Below, piece by piece: positions 62,674-64,000 of a DNA stretch of 64,000 nucleotides (its first letter is position 1; each line of letters opens with the position of its first letter). Origin of the DNA: Asterias rubens (taxonomy: Eukaryota); assembly GCF_902459465.1 (NCBI RefSeq), contig NC_047068.1, positions 14,198,001 through 14,262,000 of the forward strand, in the 5' to 3' direction. Made by a program: the position numbers and the translations under genes. The notes under the pieces are model-generated. The model was not told the DNA's origin, did no database searches, and saw nothing but the letters and a program-made list of their open reading frames with translations.

Positions 62674-63570
62674 AAGGTTATAAGTGAAAAATTCAAGGCA
62701 AAACGTGTTAACAAACCCTATGCTAATTCAAGTATTTTATTTTTTTCCTGCCATACTCCTGATAAAAATGTTGAAATCTTTGTGAGAACTCATTCCCGAA
62801 ATTTCACAAAGGCAAGGCTTGATCATTGACTTGGTGCCCAACTCATCATGATAATACAAAGGAAACTGTCTCACCCTTCTAAGACTCAGCCATCCTTGAA
62901 ATTACAGGGAAAATATTTTGTTATGTTGAAGGTTATAAGTGAAAAATTCAAGGCAAAACGTGTTAACAAACCCTATGCTTATTCAAGTATTTTATTTTTT
63001 TCCTAAAGGCAATGCTTGAGGGCGCTAACTGTCCATGCTTGTTACATGTCTGCATGTAAGCTTGCGCCATGTTTTCATGAGTTGAGTTATAGTAAAGTTC
63101 ATGTTCAAGTTATTGCTCCATTCTCTACAAGTAATTACAAACCCTATGCTAATTCTGGAATTTTACATTTTCCTTAAGGTAACAATTGAGGGCGCTAGAA
63201 ACTTTCAATGCTTGTTACATGTCTACATGTATTGTAGGCTTGCGCCATGTTTTCATGAATTAAAATAAAGTTCACGTTCAAGTTACGCTCCAGTCTCTAC
63301 AAGTTTATCCTTACAACTACTACAAAGTGTTTCCATCATCAATTCTACTAAAGACATTTTCAAACACCTCTAAACCAAATTTCCTGCCATACTCCCTTGA
63401 TAAAAATGTTGAATTCTTTGTGAGAACTCATGCCCGAAATTTCACAAAGGCAAGGCTTGATCATTGACTTGGTGCCCAACTCATCATGATAATACAAAGG
63501 AAACTGTCTCACCCTTCTAAGACTCAGCCATCCTTGAAATTACAGGTAAAATATTTTGTTATGTTGAAGA
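62674..63570. repeat. Nested local duplications in a GH99-like intron
   Basis: ~62674-62746 matches ~62930-63003; ~62747-62930 matches ~63383-63570; ~63010-63130 matches ~63180-63300. Confidence 0.8.
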
Positions 63571-63654
63571 TCAACATATTGAGTTGATTGTCTCAATTCC
63601 TTAACGTAACTGGACAACAGAGGGCACCATCACTTTTGTCCAATTTGACTGTTA

Positions 63655-64000
63655 ATAATAATAATAATAATAAACCGTTCTTTTAAAGCGCATTACACAC
63701 GGAGTCCCAATGCACTGTACAAAGTCAGAAAGAAAAAACAGACAAAACTAGTTGGAGTTTAACAAGTGATTTTTGAGAAGGCGTTTGAATTTATCCAGAG
63801 TTTTAGCGTCTTTGATGTTGCGGGGGAGTTTGTTCCAATAGGGTAGGAGAAGACGTAGAAAATGCACGCTGGCCGTAAGACTTAGTAGAAGCGGATGAAC
63901 AGGCAAGTAGAGATTGTGATTGAGAGCGGAGATTTCGAGAAGGCTGGTATTTGTGAACAAGTTCTTGCAAGTATGTAGGTGCGTGGCCATGGATACAGCT
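63655..64000 (-). mobile_element. CR1/L2-like LINE 3' fragment running off the window
   Basis: PYWNKLPRNIKDAKTLDKFKRLLKNHLL followed by a (TTA)n tail at ~63655-63672. Confidence 0.8.

Overview
AT-rich, intron-rich animal DNA, most likely an echinoderm and probably a sea star (inferred from the repeat families and gene content). Four protein-coding genes were assembled by hand from splice sites and reading phase. (1) SNU13/NHP2L1 on the minus strand, about 4.1-8.3 kb. (2) DMC1 on the plus strand, 13 coding exons at 9130-18870, head-to-head with SNU13 and containing a clear U12-type intron. (3) An unusually long (~1,495 aa) SUN-domain nuclear-envelope protein on the minus strand, 17 coding exons at 24853-47669, with a 2.2-kb coiled-coil exon and three separate duplications of exon ends plus splice donors. 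(4) The 3' part (12 exons, 534 aa in window) of a minus-strand GH99/GH71-like glycoside hydrolase at 52808-62633, which looks closer to bacterial uncharacterised proteins than to animal MANEA; its 5' end lies beyond the window. Introns and intergenic DNA carry TTAA-flanked (Kolobok-like) and TAA-flanked (Harbinger-like) MITEs, tRNA-derived SINEs, CR1/L2 and R4/Dong LINE 3' fragments, and Penelope-like fragments with degenerate hammerhead-like cores. There are no intact tRNA or rRNA genes and no CRISPR array. All homology statements come from recall of known sequences, not from database searches.
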